From positions 80,269 through 144,268 of the forward strand of contig CBDCJH010000001.1 in the NCBI GenBank assembly GCA_965217775.1: a DNA stretch of 64,000 nt, given 5' to 3'. Shown here piece after piece: positions 11,821 through 21,335 of the stretch. The notes below the pieces were generated by a model that had not been told where the DNA came from, searched no databases, and saw nothing but the letters and a program-made list of their open reading frames with translations. Positions within the stretch are counted from its first letter, which is position 1. The number at the start of each line of letters is the position of its first letter. The DNA is from Acidobacteriota bacterium (GTDB lineage Bacteria > Acidobacteriota > UBA6911 > RPQK01 > JAJDTT01). The position numbers and the translations under genes are program-made.

Positions 11821-12497
11821 AACCAAGTCTGTTCGCTCTCCTGACACTGCTCTGTTTCGCCACCGGCGCCTGGGGAGATTCGATGCGGGTCCGGCACGAC
11901 CACGATCCCTGGGGCAAGTGCGAAGGCGAATTGATCATCGACCAGGAGGGGATCGAATACCGGTCGCCGAAAAAGATGGACCACAACCGGAAGTGGGTCT
12001 GGCAAGACATTCAGAGCGTCGACCGCAAGTCCCCCTCTCGCCTGAGCGTGCTCACCTACGAAGACCAGAAGCTCCGTCTGGGCCAGGACAAGGTCTTCGA
12101 CTTCGAGCTGCTGTCTCCTGATCAGACTTTTTCCGACCAGACGCTGTCGCTCATCTCCGGCAAGCTGAAGAAACCGGTGACCGATCGCGTCACCGACCCC
12201 ATTGATGCCGAGTACCAGGTCCCGGCCAAACACAAGCACACTCTCGGAGGCTGCGAAGGCACGCTCTATTTCGGACCGGAGACCATCGTCTACGACAGCG
12301 AGGACTCGTCGGATTCGAGGAAATGGAGAAAGGATCGGGACGTGGCCAACGTCTGGTCCTCGCAACGGTACGAGCTGGAGATCCGGACTTTCGAAGAGAA
12401 CCGCCGCAACTTCGACAAGATGCGGGTCTTTCGCTTTCAGCTCAAGGAGCCTCTGAATCAGGCATACTATGAGAAACTTCGTCGCGAACTGCCGTAG
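11817..12497 (+). CDS. Exported hypothetical protein with two internal repeats (HxH..GxCEG)
   Basis: ATGA overlap with the cusA stop; signal peptide MKPSLFALLTLLCFATGAWG; two homologous halves. Confidence 0.75.
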   Translation: MKPSLFALLTLLCFATGAWGDSMRVRHDHDPWGKCEGELIIDQEGIEYRSPKKMDHNRKWVWQDIQSVDRKSPSRLSVLTYEDQKLRLGQDKVFDFELLSPDQTFSDQTLSLISGKLKKPVTDRVTDPIDAEYQVPAKHKHTLGGCEGTLYFGPETIVYDSEDSSDSRKWRKDRDVANVWSSQRYELEIRTFEENRRNFDKMRVFRFQLKEPLNQAYYEKLRRELP

Positions 12498-12536
12498 TCT
12501 TGGCGAGTGGCGACCGGCCCCCAGGGTAACTGTGTC

Positions 12537-13076
12537 ATGAAGGAAAATGGGCCGCCGCCCGACGCTCCGGCCAAGCGTGCCGGTAGGGGCTCCCAGGTGT
12601 TTCGAGGAACTGCGCTCATACTGTTGATATTGCTGCTGGGCGGCAGCGGCTATTTCCTGTACACGCTGGAGACGGGAACCTGCGCCGTCTGCCAGAGACC
12701 TCTGCATGGAGACTCGACCTACCGAATCGTACTTTCCGGAGGAGAGGACATCGACGTCTGCTGTCCTCGTTGCGGGCTCCATTACCAGGAGCTGAACGGC
12801 CACCGGGTGAAAGAGGCGTGGATTGGAGACGTCGCCACCGGAGAGCTCCTCCCCGCCGAGCAGGCCGTCTACGTCGAAGACAGCTCGATTCGCCAATGCT
12901 GCTCGCTGGAACGGCCCCGGGAAGATGGATCCGGCCACCAGTACACTCTGGCCTGGGACCGGTGCCTGCCCGGCCTGGTCGCCTTCAAGGACCGCCGGAG
13001 CGCTCTGGAATTCCAAGCAGGCCGCGGCGGCGTTATCCGAAGTTACCAGGAGCTGTTGGCGGCGGGTCACCGGTAA
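12537..13076 (+). CDS. Membrane-anchored Cys-rich NosL-like metal-binding protein
   Basis: TM helix, CAVC, CCPRC, D..TGE...AEQAVYV..S, AF.....A..F....GG pattern resembling NosL; start uncertain (12537 ATG or a later GTG). Confidence 0.65.
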   Translation: MKENGPPPDAPAKRAGRGSQVFRGTALILLILLLGGSGYFLYTLETGTCAVCQRPLHGDSTYRIVLSGGEDIDVCCPRCGLHYQELNGHRVKEAWIGDVATGELLPAEQAVYVEDSSIRQCCSLERPREDGSGHQYTLAWDRCLPGLVAFKDRRSALEFQAGRGGVIRSYQELLAAGHR

Positions 13077-13114
13077 CGGCGAGTCCGCAGGGCAGCGCAA
13101 TCAGGGAGAGAACC

Positions 13115-13993
13115 ATGAAGAGAAGACGATTTCTGGGGGCTGCGACGGCATCGGTGTCGGCCGGACTCTGGACCGGAGAAACTTCCGCCTTGCCCGTTTC
13201 GACCCGGCAAACCACCCGGACACCTCCCCTGCGCCTGGGAACGGTCACCTACAACCTGGGCCGGAATTGGGACCTGGAGACGCTCATCCGCAACTGCACC
13301 GAAACCGGGTTCGAGGGGGTCGAGCTGCGCAGCACCCACGCCCACGGCGTCGAGATCGACATTTCTCCCGAGAAGCGCCGGGAGGTGATGATGCGATTTC
13401 AGGATTCACCGGTCCGCCTGGTGGGCCTGGGCAGCGCCTGCGAGTATCACTCACCCGATCCGGAAGTCCTGCGCCGCAACATCGAAGAGACCAAGGATTT
13501 TGTCCGGCTGGCCCACGACGTCGGCGCCCCCGGCGTCAAGGTGCGCCCCAACGGTCTTCCCGAAGGGGTCCCGGAGGAGAAGACCCTGGAACAGATCGGA
13601 CTGGCCCTGCGGGAATGCGGAGCCTACGGCAACGGCTGGGGCGTCCAGATCCGGATGGAGGTTCACGGACGCGAAACCGGCCGCATCCCCCGCATCCGCA
13701 AGATGCTGGACTATGCGGATCACGACAACGTCCGGATCTGTTGGAACTCCAACAAGACGGATCTTCTGGACGGGGGGGTGGAGACCAACTTCAACCGGAT
13801 CAAGGACCGGATCTCGCTGGTCCACATGCGGGACCTCTTCGTCGAAGAGTACCCGTGGCGGCTCCTCTTCCGCCTGCTCCGGGAGATGGAATACCCGGGC
13901 TACTGCCTGGCCGAGATCCCCGAGAGCACCGATCCGATCCGGGTCATGCGTTACTACCGGACCCTGTTCCGAGCCTTCCAGGGGCTGGTCTGA
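13115..13993 (+). CDS. Sugar phosphate isomerase/epimerase (TIM-barrel) family protein with Tat signal
   Basis: MKRRRFLG Tat motif; GFEGVELR, MEVHG, HMRD, YPGYCLAE. Confidence 0.8.
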   Translation: MKRRRFLGAATASVSAGLWTGETSALPVSTRQTTRTPPLRLGTVTYNLGRNWDLETLIRNCTETGFEGVELRSTHAHGVEIDISPEKRREVMMRFQDSPVRLVGLGSACEYHSPDPEVLRRNIEETKDFVRLAHDVGAPGVKVRPNGLPEGVPEEKTLEQIGLALRECGAYGNGWGVQIRMEVHGRETGRIPRIRKMLDYADHDNVRICWNSNKTDLLDGGVETNFNRIKDRISLVHMRDLFVEEYPWRLLFRLLREMEYPGYCLAEIPESTDPIRVMRYYRTLFRAFQGLV

Positions 13994-14032
13994 GGCCGCG
14001 GCCGTGTCCCCAGCGACCACCGTCCCGGTAAC

Positions 14033-15457
14033 CTATCCCGATTCCGTCCAACGAGTATGGAAGAACTCGCCGCGGGGCCGGTCCACACGCTCGTAGGTGT
14101 GGGCGCCGAAGTAGTCCCGCTGGGACTGCAGGAGGTTGGCGGGAAGCCAGGCCTGCCGATAGCCGTCGTAGAAGGCCAGGGCGCTGGAGGTCGCCGGGAC
14201 CGGGATTCCCCAGCGGACCGCCCGGGAGACGACGCGGCGCCACGACTCCTGCGCACCCTCTACCTGCTCCTTGAAATAGGGATCCAGCAGAAGGTTCTTC
14301 AGCTCCGGCTCCCGGTCGAAGGCCTCCTTGATCTTCCCCAGGAAGACGGAACGGATGATGCAACCCCCTCTCCACATCAAGGCGATGCCCCCGAAATCCA
14401 GGTTCCAACCGTATTCGGCCGCCGCCGCCCGCATCAACTGGTACCCCTGTGCGTAGGAGACGATCTTGGACGCGTAGAGGGCTTGCTCCAGGTCGTCGAC
14501 CAGGTCCGCTTGAGCCGCAGCGCCGCCCGGGCCGGGCCCGGTCAATAGCTGGGAGGCTTCGACCCGATCCTCCTTGATGGCCGACAGGGCCCGCGCCAGG
14601 ACGGCTTCGCCGATGAGGGTGAGGGGCACTCCCATGTTCAGCGCGGAGATGACGGTCCACCGTCCGGTTCCCTTCTGACCCGCGGTATCCAGGACTTTTT
14701 CCACCAGCGGACCGCCGTCGTCATCCTTAACCGCCAATATGTCCCGGGTGATCCGGATCAGATAGGAATCCAGCCTCCCCCGGTTCCAGCGGGCGAAGAC
14801 GCGGCTGATCTCGTCCGCGGGCATTCCCAATCCCGCCTTCATCAGATGGTAAGCCTCGCAGATGAGCTGCATGTCTCCGTATTCGATGCCGTTGTGGACC
14901 ATCTTGACGAAGTGCCCGGCACCGTCGTCGCCTACCCATTCGCAGCAGGGTTCGCCTCCGTCCACCTTGGCCGCCACAGCCTGGAAGAGGGGCCGGACCT
15001 GAGGCCAGGCCTCGGCGGATCCGCCGGGCATGATGGAGGGCCCCAGCCGGGCTCCCTCCTCGCCGCCGGAGACGCCGGTTCCGATATACAGAAGGCCCTT
15101 GGACTCCACCAGGGAGACCCGCCGCCGGGTGTCTTCGTAGTTGGAGTTCCCGCCGTCGATGATGATGTCTCCCGGCTCCAGATGGTCCAGGAGCTGCCGG
15201 ATGAATTCGTCGACGGGCCAGCCAGCCTTGACCATGAGCATGACCCGCCGAGGCCGTTTGAGCATCCGGACGAGTTCGTCAAGGGAATGAGCGCCCAGGA
15301 CACTCGTTCCCCGCGCGGCCCCCGAGAGGAAGTCGTCCACTTTGGAGACCGTCCGGTTGAAGACCGCCACCGTATAGCCATGATCGTTCATATTCAGGAC
15401 CAGGTTCTGGCCCATGACCGCCAATCCGATGAGCCCAATATCCGCCTTGGTTTCCAT
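14033..15457 (-). CDS. gnd: 6-phosphogluconate dehydrogenase, decarboxylating (NADP)
   Basis: IGLAVMGQNL, IIDGGN, GVSGGEEGA, VKMVHNGIEY, QRDYFGAHTY. Confidence 0.97.
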   Translation of the reverse strand: METKADIGLIGLAVMGQNLVLNMNDHGYTVAVFNRTVSKVDDFLSGAARGTSVLGAHSLDELVRMLKRPRRVMLMVKAGWPVDEFIRQLLDHLEPGDIIIDGGNSNYEDTRRRVSLVESKGLLYIGTGVSGGEEGARLGPSIMPGGSAEAWPQVRPLFQAVAAKVDGGEPCCEWVGDDGAGHFVKMVHNGIEYGDMQLICEAYHLMKAGLGMPADEISRVFARWNRGRLDSYLIRITRDILAVKDDDGGPLVEKVLDTAGQKGTGRWTVISALNMGVPLTLIGEAVLARALSAIKEDRVEASQLLTGPGPGGAAAQADLVDDLEQALYASKIVSYAQGYQLMRAAAAEYGWNLDFGGIALMWRGGCIIRSVFLGKIKEAFDREPELKNLLLDPYFKEQVEGAQESWRRVVSRAVRWGIPVPATSSALAFYDGYRQAWLPANLLQSQRDYFGAHTYERVDRPRGEFFHTRWTESG

Positions 15458-15490
15458 CTTCGTTTTCTCCTGTCCTGTTCGACGAGTTCC

Positions 15491-16990
15491 CTATTCTAGC
15501 GCGAAGCCGTCGAGGCGCCGGTAAAGCTCCAGATGCCGCTCCATCGCCTCGCGGTGACGGCGGCTGCGCTCGGGGTCGGGATCGTAACTCCTGCCCATCT
15601 TTGGCGGGACCGCCGCCAGGTCCGGAACCAGACCCAGGGACGCGAGCGCCAACAGGGCGGTTCCCCGGCCCGTCACTTCGGGCTCGGCGCAGGCGATGAC
15701 CCGGCGGCCGAGGACGTCCGCCAGGATCTGGAGCCAGGCGGGAGAAGAGAGCAACCCCGCACCTCCACCGATGATCTCGTGTTGCCGGGACAAGTGGGGC
15801 TCCATGAGCCGGTAGATCAGACAGAGCCGGTAGGCGATCGATTCCAGAGCCGCCCGGACGATTTCCACCGGCCGTGTCGACAGCGTCAATCCCACCAGGC
15901 TTCCGCGAGCTTCGTCACGCCAGCCGGGGCTCCTTTCTCCCGCCAGGAACGGCAGGAAGACCAGACCGTGGGCCGCCGGCTCCATGGTCTGCAACTCGGC
16001 TTCCAGACGGTCCGGTTCGAAATTGACCTGCAGCCGGCTGGTCAACCACGAGAAGACGCTGCCCCCCTCGGTGGTGGCTCCCCCCAAGAGGGGGCGTCCG
16101 GCATCGACCAGGTAGCTCCAGAGACCCGCCGGAAGGGGGGAAGCAGGACGATCCAGGACCGCCCGGATCGCCCCGGTGGAGCCGATGGTGAGGGCTACCC
16201 GGTCCGATCGTATGCAGCCGCTCCCCACGTTGGCGGCGGCTCCGTCTCCCACCGCCGGGAACCAGGGGACTCGAGCCAGGACCGGCCAGCGCCGGGCCCA
16301 GGGATCACGCAGTCCCGTGAACGGTTCCGTGCAGTCGCGAAGCGGCGAGAGTTGAGACCGCCGGATCGGGAGCATCGAAATCCAGGACTCGTCCCAGTCC
16401 AAGAGGTGGCGGTTCAGGAGTCCGCTCCAGGAGGCGGCGGAATAGCTCACACCGCAGGTCCGAAAGAATCGCGAATAGAGGAACTCTCCCAGAGTCATCC
16501 AGCGGGCGACTCGGGAGAAGAGCCGGGGCCGGCTCCGTTCCAGCCAGAGGAGGCGGGAGGGCAGATAGCTGCTGTGGATGGGACAGCCCGTGCGCTCGTG
16601 GACCTCCGCTGGATCCAGCCTTTGCCTGAGGTCGGCGGCGGCCTGCCGGCTCCGAGTGTCGGCATAGGTGTAGATCGGCGTCAGCGGGCGGCCCTGCTCG
16701 TCCACTCCGAGGAGTGTGGGAGAGAGCGTGTCCAGGGCGCCGGCGGCGATCCGGGCGTCCCGGGACTCGGCTCGGGCCACCGTCTCGTCGAGCGCTTCGG
16801 ACACGGCCGAAAGGACCTCCTCCGGCTCCAGCCAAGCCCCGCCCTCCGGGTCGGTCCAAAGACGATAGTGGGCCCGGGCGCCGATTTCAGGCAGAGGACG
16901 GCCGTCCATTCCCCACACCTGAGCCCGCAAGGAAGAAGTCCCTGCATCCAGTGTCAGGACATGGGGCCGACCCGGCCGGACGTTGTTCAA
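15491..16990 (-). CDS. gntK: FGGY-family carbohydrate kinase, probably gluconokinase
   Basis: LDAGTSS, TGCPIHSSY, GDGAAANVGSG, PFLAGERSPGW; upstream of gnd. Start uncertain (TTG 16990 chosen; ORF is open to 17068). Confidence 0.8.
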   Translation of the reverse strand: MNNVRPGRPHVLTLDAGTSSLRAQVWGMDGRPLPEIGARAHYRLWTDPEGGAWLEPEEVLSAVSEALDETVARAESRDARIAAGALDTLSPTLLGVDEQGRPLTPIYTYADTRSRQAAADLRQRLDPAEVHERTGCPIHSSYLPSRLLWLERSRPRLFSRVARWMTLGEFLYSRFFRTCGVSYSAASWSGLLNRHLLDWDESWISMLPIRRSQLSPLRDCTEPFTGLRDPWARRWPVLARVPWFPAVGDGAAANVGSGCIRSDRVALTIGSTGAIRAVLDRPASPLPAGLWSYLVDAGRPLLGGATTEGGSVFSWLTSRLQVNFEPDRLEAELQTMEPAAHGLVFLPFLAGERSPGWRDEARGSLVGLTLSTRPVEIVRAALESIAYRLCLIYRLMEPHLSRQHEIIGGGAGLLSSPAWLQILADVLGRRVIACAEPEVTGRGTALLALASLGLVPDLAAVPPKMGRSYDPDPERSRRHREAMERHLELYRRLDGFALE

Positions 16991-17104
16991 GATCCGTGCT
17001 CCATGGCGGTCGCGGGGGCCGGCACGCTGCACTCGGGGGCAACTGGGCGATACAATACATCCCACCATGGGACGGGGGAGACAGCCGAGAGGCGGGCGGC
17101 AGGC

Positions 17105-17551
17105 ATGAGTTGGACGTCTTTGCTGCTGGTCGTCCTGTCACTGGCAGGCTTCATCATCTCATCCTATTTCACGGCCGTGGCCTACCGCTGGGTACGGCCG
17201 GACGCCGCCTGGATTCCCAGCTTCTGCAGGATGGGAGAAAAGACCTGCGCCACTATCGTCTTCACACCCCGGGCCCGAGTTTTCGGCGTTCCCAACTCGG
17301 TTCTGGCGCAACTCTTCTACCCGTTCATCGCCGCCGGGACCGTGGAGGGCTTCCTCTTCACCTTTCCCATCTTCCACTTGTCACTGCTGGCAAGTCTAGT
17401 CACGGTGCTGCTGGGATTGTTTCTCACCTACTCCCTGCTGTTCCTGACCCGTGTTCCCTGCGTCCTCTGCTTCACATCGCACGCTATCAATGTCGTCATT
17501 TTCGTGCTGCTGCTTCTGGAAGGGGATTCCGTTTCCGGAGCACTCTGGTGA
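17105..17551 (+). CDS. Vitamin K epoxide reductase (VKOR) family membrane protein
   Basis: TM helices, loop Cys pair C-RMGEKT-C, GVPNS, CVLC active site. Confidence 0.85.
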   Translation: MSWTSLLLVVLSLAGFIISSYFTAVAYRWVRPDAAWIPSFCRMGEKTCATIVFTPRARVFGVPNSVLAQLFYPFIAAGTVEGFLFTFPIFHLSLLASLVTVLLGLFLTYSLLFLTRVPCVLCFTSHAINVVIFVLLLLEGDSVSGALW

Positions 17552-17609
17552 GAGAACCGGTCCGGGATGACAATCGCGGATTCGAATCCCCTCCCCGGGA
17601 TACGGGCTG

Positions 17610-18770
17610 ATGGACCACTCCATCAACCGCTACTTCCCACAACTGAGGCAGATCCCTTCGACCGGCAGTCTGGAGTCCTCTCCCCTCTATCGCCGGCTCC
17701 GGCCGGAAATAGACCGGGTCCTGAATACCGTCGAGACCGGTGAAGACCCGGCACCGCATTCGGGACCGGACAGGAGCTCGGTCCGCGCGGTCGCCTGGAA
17801 TATCGAACGCGGCCTGGAGTTACCCGGCCTGACCCGCGCTCTCCGGGAACATCCGCACTTGCGGGAAGCCGACATTCTCTTGCTGACGGAACTGGATTAC
17901 GGAATGGCCCGAACCGGAAATCTCCACGTGACCCGCGAGCTGGCCCGGAAACTCGGGATGACCTACGTCTTCGCCCCCAGCTATCTCAATCTGGACAAGG
18001 GAACCGGTCTGGAAAACGAGGCGCCGGGGGAGAATGCCCAGGCTCTGCACGGGAACGCGCTGCTCTCGAGGCATCCGGTTTCGGAGCCTCATGCGCTACC
18101 CCTTCCCAACGGCAAGGACAAGATGAGGGGGAAGGAGAAACGCCTGGGGTGCCAGCGGGCGATCCTGGGTCTGGTCGAGCATCCTCGGGGACGATTCCGT
18201 GCCGTCAGCCTCCACTTGGACGCCCACTCCAGCCAGGCGCATCGGCACCTGCAGATGTGCCTGTTGCTGGACCATCTCCATGGCTGGCACCCTTCGCTGC
18301 CGGTGCTCATCGGAGGAGACTGGAACACCTCCACCCACCATGCCCGGCGCGCCGTATATTCGATACTCGGATACGCCCGGCGGGTCCTCATGGGGATCGA
18401 CAACGTTCTGGACAATCACTATCCCTATCCGGAACGCTGGTTTGAACGGCGCCTCTTCCGGGAACTGGAGAAGCGAGGCTACCGCTATCGGGACCTGAAC
18501 CAGATGGGTGTCTGCACCCTCCACTACGACGCCGCGAATCTGGCCACCAACCGGAACATGGCCGAGTGGATCCCCAATTGGTGCTTCTGGTTCATCGACT
18601 GGGCCCTGAAGGACCATCAAGGCCGATGTTCCATGAAGCTGGACTGGTTCGGCGGCAAGGGGATCCGTCCCGATCCCCAGTCCCCTCCACGCGTCATCGG
18701 CGGACTCGAGGAGAGATTCGGCAAGCTGTCGGATCACGACCCGATCCTCTTGGACTTCAGGCTCGGGTAG
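17610..18770 (+). CDS. Endonuclease/exonuclease/phosphatase family protein
   Basis: WNIERG, LTELDYG, HGNALLSR, HLD, IGGDWN, LSDHDP. Confidence 0.85.
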   Translation: MDHSINRYFPQLRQIPSTGSLESSPLYRRLRPEIDRVLNTVETGEDPAPHSGPDRSSVRAVAWNIERGLELPGLTRALREHPHLREADILLLTELDYGMARTGNLHVTRELARKLGMTYVFAPSYLNLDKGTGLENEAPGENAQALHGNALLSRHPVSEPHALPLPNGKDKMRGKEKRLGCQRAILGLVEHPRGRFRAVSLHLDAHSSQAHRHLQMCLLLDHLHGWHPSLPVLIGGDWNTSTHHARRAVYSILGYARRVLMGIDNVLDNHYPYPERWFERRLFRELEKRGYRYRDLNQMGVCTLHYDAANLATNRNMAEWIPNWCFWFIDWALKDHQGRCSMKLDWFGGKGIRPDPQSPPRVIGGLEERFGKLSDHDPILLDFRLG

Positions 18771-18871
18771 GAGCGGGGGTTTTCAACCCCCGATTCCGGG
18801 TCCGCGATGAAGAGTGGACGAGAGTGAAGAGGGGGAGAGGGATTAAGAGGGGGACAACATGTCCCCCCTCC
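18770..18871. repeat. REPIN-like inverted doublet of GGAG-headed palindromes
   Basis: GGAG-CGGGGGTT-TTC-AACCCCCG (+, 18770-18792) and GGAG-GGGGGACATGTTGTCCCC (-, 18850-18871). Confidence 0.55.
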
Positions 18872-18915
18872 CAGGAATCCGGGCTATACTCCCTATCCAA
18901 TCAAGGAGGATTTTC

Positions 18916-19401
18916 ATGACAAGTACCGGACTGGCTTGGCTCGGCTTCGCGATGATGACGGTGTTTTGCTGGGGCATGTACGGCACCCTTCTCCATGCCG
19001 GGCAGGTGGCCATGGGGGACCCGGTGAACGGCCGTTACAAGGCCTTCCTCTTCGTCGGTCTGGCCTATTTCCTGATCGCCGTCCTGGCTCCGCTGCTGGT
19101 TCTGAAGAGCCAGGGGGCGGACTGGAGCTATCCGGCGCCGGGAATGGGCTTGTCACTCGTGGCTGGAATCCTGGGAGCTGTCGGAGCCTTCGGAGTCCTC
19201 CTGGCCTTCGGAGCCAAGGGCTCTCCCAGTGTGGTCATGGCCATCGTCTTCGCCGGAGCGCCCATCGTCAACGCCTTCGCTTCCATGGTTAGACATCCGC
19301 CGCCGGGCGGGATCTCCAGTATCCAGTGGCCGTTTGTCCTGGGCATCTTGCTGGCCGCCCTGGGAGGTTGCCTGGTGACGCTCTACCGTCCGCAGGGGTG
19401 A
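18916..19401 (+). CDS. Small multi-pass membrane protein (DMT/EamA-like)
   Basis: AAGGAGG RBS; 4-5 TM helices; CWGMYG..GAPIVNA pattern. Confidence 0.7.
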   Translation: MTSTGLAWLGFAMMTVFCWGMYGTLLHAGQVAMGDPVNGRYKAFLFVGLAYFLIAVLAPLLVLKSQGADWSYPAPGMGLSLVAGILGAVGAFGVLLAFGAKGSPSVVMAIVFAGAPIVNAFASMVRHPPPGGISSIQWPFVLGILLAALGGCLVTLYRPQG

Positions 19402-19425
19402 CCCCCGTCCGTGAGACGAGACACG

Positions 19426-20325
19426 ATGAAATCAGGACCGGAGATCAGCGTCGCCGTCGTTCCCGTGGCCGGATTGGGCACTCGCCTCTTGCCGGCCACC
19501 AAGTCTCAGCCCAAGGAAATGTTGCCGGTGGCCAAGAAGCCGGTGGTCCAATACGTGGTCGAAGAACTGGGCAGGAACGGCATCCAGGAGATCCTCTTCG
19601 TCACCGGAAGGACCAAGACCTCGATCGAGAACCACTTCGATCCGGATCAGCAGTTGATCCGGAATCTGAGGGAGTCGGGAAAGGAAGACCTGCTGCTGGA
19701 GCTCGACTACGAGCAGACCGAGGTCCAGTTCTTCTACACTCGCCAGCGGCTTCAGCGGGGATTGGGGGATGCGGTGCGGTGTGCCCGCCAATTCACCCAG
19801 AACCGACCCTTCGTGGTCGCACTGGGAGACAGCATCATCGGTCTCGATTCGCCGTCGCACGTCGTGAGCGCCATGACCCGGATCCATCGCGAGTCGGGGG
19901 CGGCGTGCGTGGTCGCCGTCGAGACGGTTTCTCCTCAGGACATCTTCCGGTATGGGATCGTGGAACCGGGAGGCGACGGTCCCGAATTTCCCATTCTGGG
20001 TCTGATCGAGAAACCGCCTGTCGGGTCCACTTCCAGCCGTCTGGCCTTGGTCGGCCGGTATGTCTTCTCACCTTCCATCTATCGGAAGCTGGACCAGGTC
20101 CAACCGGGAGTCGGCGGCGAGATCCAGTTGACCGACGCCATCCAACTGCTGCTGGAAGCAGGAGAGACGGTCATCGGGGTCCGTCTTCCGAAGAACGAGA
20201 GGCGCTACGACATCGGCAACTTCGAGAGCTATTTCGAGACCTTCGTCGAGTTCGCCCTGCGCGACCCGGATCTGGGCTCCGGGCTCCGCAAGCGTCTGCT
20301 GGAGCGTTTGGTTGAAGATCACTAG
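19426..20325 (+). CDS. galU: UTP--sugar-1-phosphate uridylyltransferase (GalU-like)
   Basis: PVAGLGTRLLPATKSQPKEMLPV, GLGDAV, LGD, EKP, GEIQLTDAI, RYDIG. Confidence 0.88.
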   Translation: MKSGPEISVAVVPVAGLGTRLLPATKSQPKEMLPVAKKPVVQYVVEELGRNGIQEILFVTGRTKTSIENHFDPDQQLIRNLRESGKEDLLLELDYEQTEVQFFYTRQRLQRGLGDAVRCARQFTQNRPFVVALGDSIIGLDSPSHVVSAMTRIHRESGAACVVAVETVSPQDIFRYGIVEPGGDGPEFPILGLIEKPPVGSTSSRLALVGRYVFSPSIYRKLDQVQPGVGGEIQLTDAIQLLLEAGETVIGVRLPKNERRYDIGNFESYFETFVEFALRDPDLGSGLRKRLLERLVEDH

Positions 20326-21334
20326 GGCCGCGGCCAACGCTCGCATCGGCCTCCTGGGCAACCCTTCCGACGGCTTCTATGGCAAGACCATCTCCTGCAT
20401 CCTGAGAAACTACTCCGCCAAGGTCGTCGTCTACGAGTGGCCCGAATTGGAGATCATTCTGAGCCGCCAGGACCGCTGCGAGTTCCGGCAACTGGAGGAT
20501 CTGGTGGACGACGTCCGGCTCAACGGGCTCTACGGCGGTCTCCGCCTGGTCAAGGCCACGATCAAGGTCTTCGCCGAATACTGCTGGCGAGAGCAGATTC
20601 GACTCCCTGAGCAGAACTTTTCCCTCAGGTACGAGACCGACATTCCGCGCCAGGTGGGCCTGGGAGGATCCAGCGCGATCATCACCGCGGCCATGCGGGG
20701 TCTGGCCGAGTTCTACCAGGTGTCCATCCCCCGGGAGATACTGCCCGGACTCGTCCTCTCGGTGGAAACGGAGGAGATCGGCATCGACGCGGGCCTCCAG
20801 GACCGCGTCTGCCAAGTCTACGAAGGCCTCGTCTACATGGATTTCAACCGGGAGACCATGAGCCGCCTCGGGCACGGACTCTACGAGTCCCTCGATCCCG
20901 GCCTGCTGCCCCCGCTCTACTTGGCATTCCGCAACGACCTGAGCCGGATCTCGGGGATCTATCACAGCGATTTGAGGGGCCGCTGGAACCGGGGAGAGAG
21001 CGCGGTTCACAGGGCCATGGAACAGTTCGCCGATCTTGCGCGGCAGGGGAGAGAATGCCTGTTGCAAGGGGACGCGGTGGAGTTGGCGCGCCTGGTGGAC
21101 CGGAACTTCGATATCCGATCCGGCCTGTCCCGGTTGGACCCCAAGAACGTCGAGATGATCGAGATGGCGCGGTCCCACGGAGTCTGCGCAAAATACGCCG
21201 GATCGGGGGGATCCATCGTCGGAATCTGCGGGTCCGCTGAGACCTTCCGTGACCTGCAGGAAGACTTTCGCACCATTGGGTGCACCGCCATCAGGCCCAG
21301 AGTGAGTTCACTCATCGATTCCCAGGGAGCATGA
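20312..21334 (+). CDS. GHMP-family sugar kinase, glucuronokinase-like
   Basis: ARIGLLGNPSDGFYGKTIS, IPRQVGLGGSSA, AGLQDRV.QVYEGLVYMDF, KYAGSGG. Confidence 0.8.
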   Translation: MKITRAAANARIGLLGNPSDGFYGKTISCILRNYSAKVVVYEWPELEIILSRQDRCEFRQLEDLVDDVRLNGLYGGLRLVKATIKVFAEYCWREQIRLPEQNFSLRYETDIPRQVGLGGSSAIITAAMRGLAEFYQVSIPREILPGLVLSVETEEIGIDAGLQDRVCQVYEGLVYMDFNRETMSRLGHGLYESLDPGLLPPLYLAFRNDLSRISGIYHSDLRGRWNRGESAVHRAMEQFADLARQGRECLLQGDAVELARLVDRNFDIRSGLSRLDPKNVEMIEMARSHGVCAKYAGSGGSIVGICGSAETFRDLQEDFRTIGCTAIRPRVSSLIDSQGA

Positions 21335-21335
21335 A

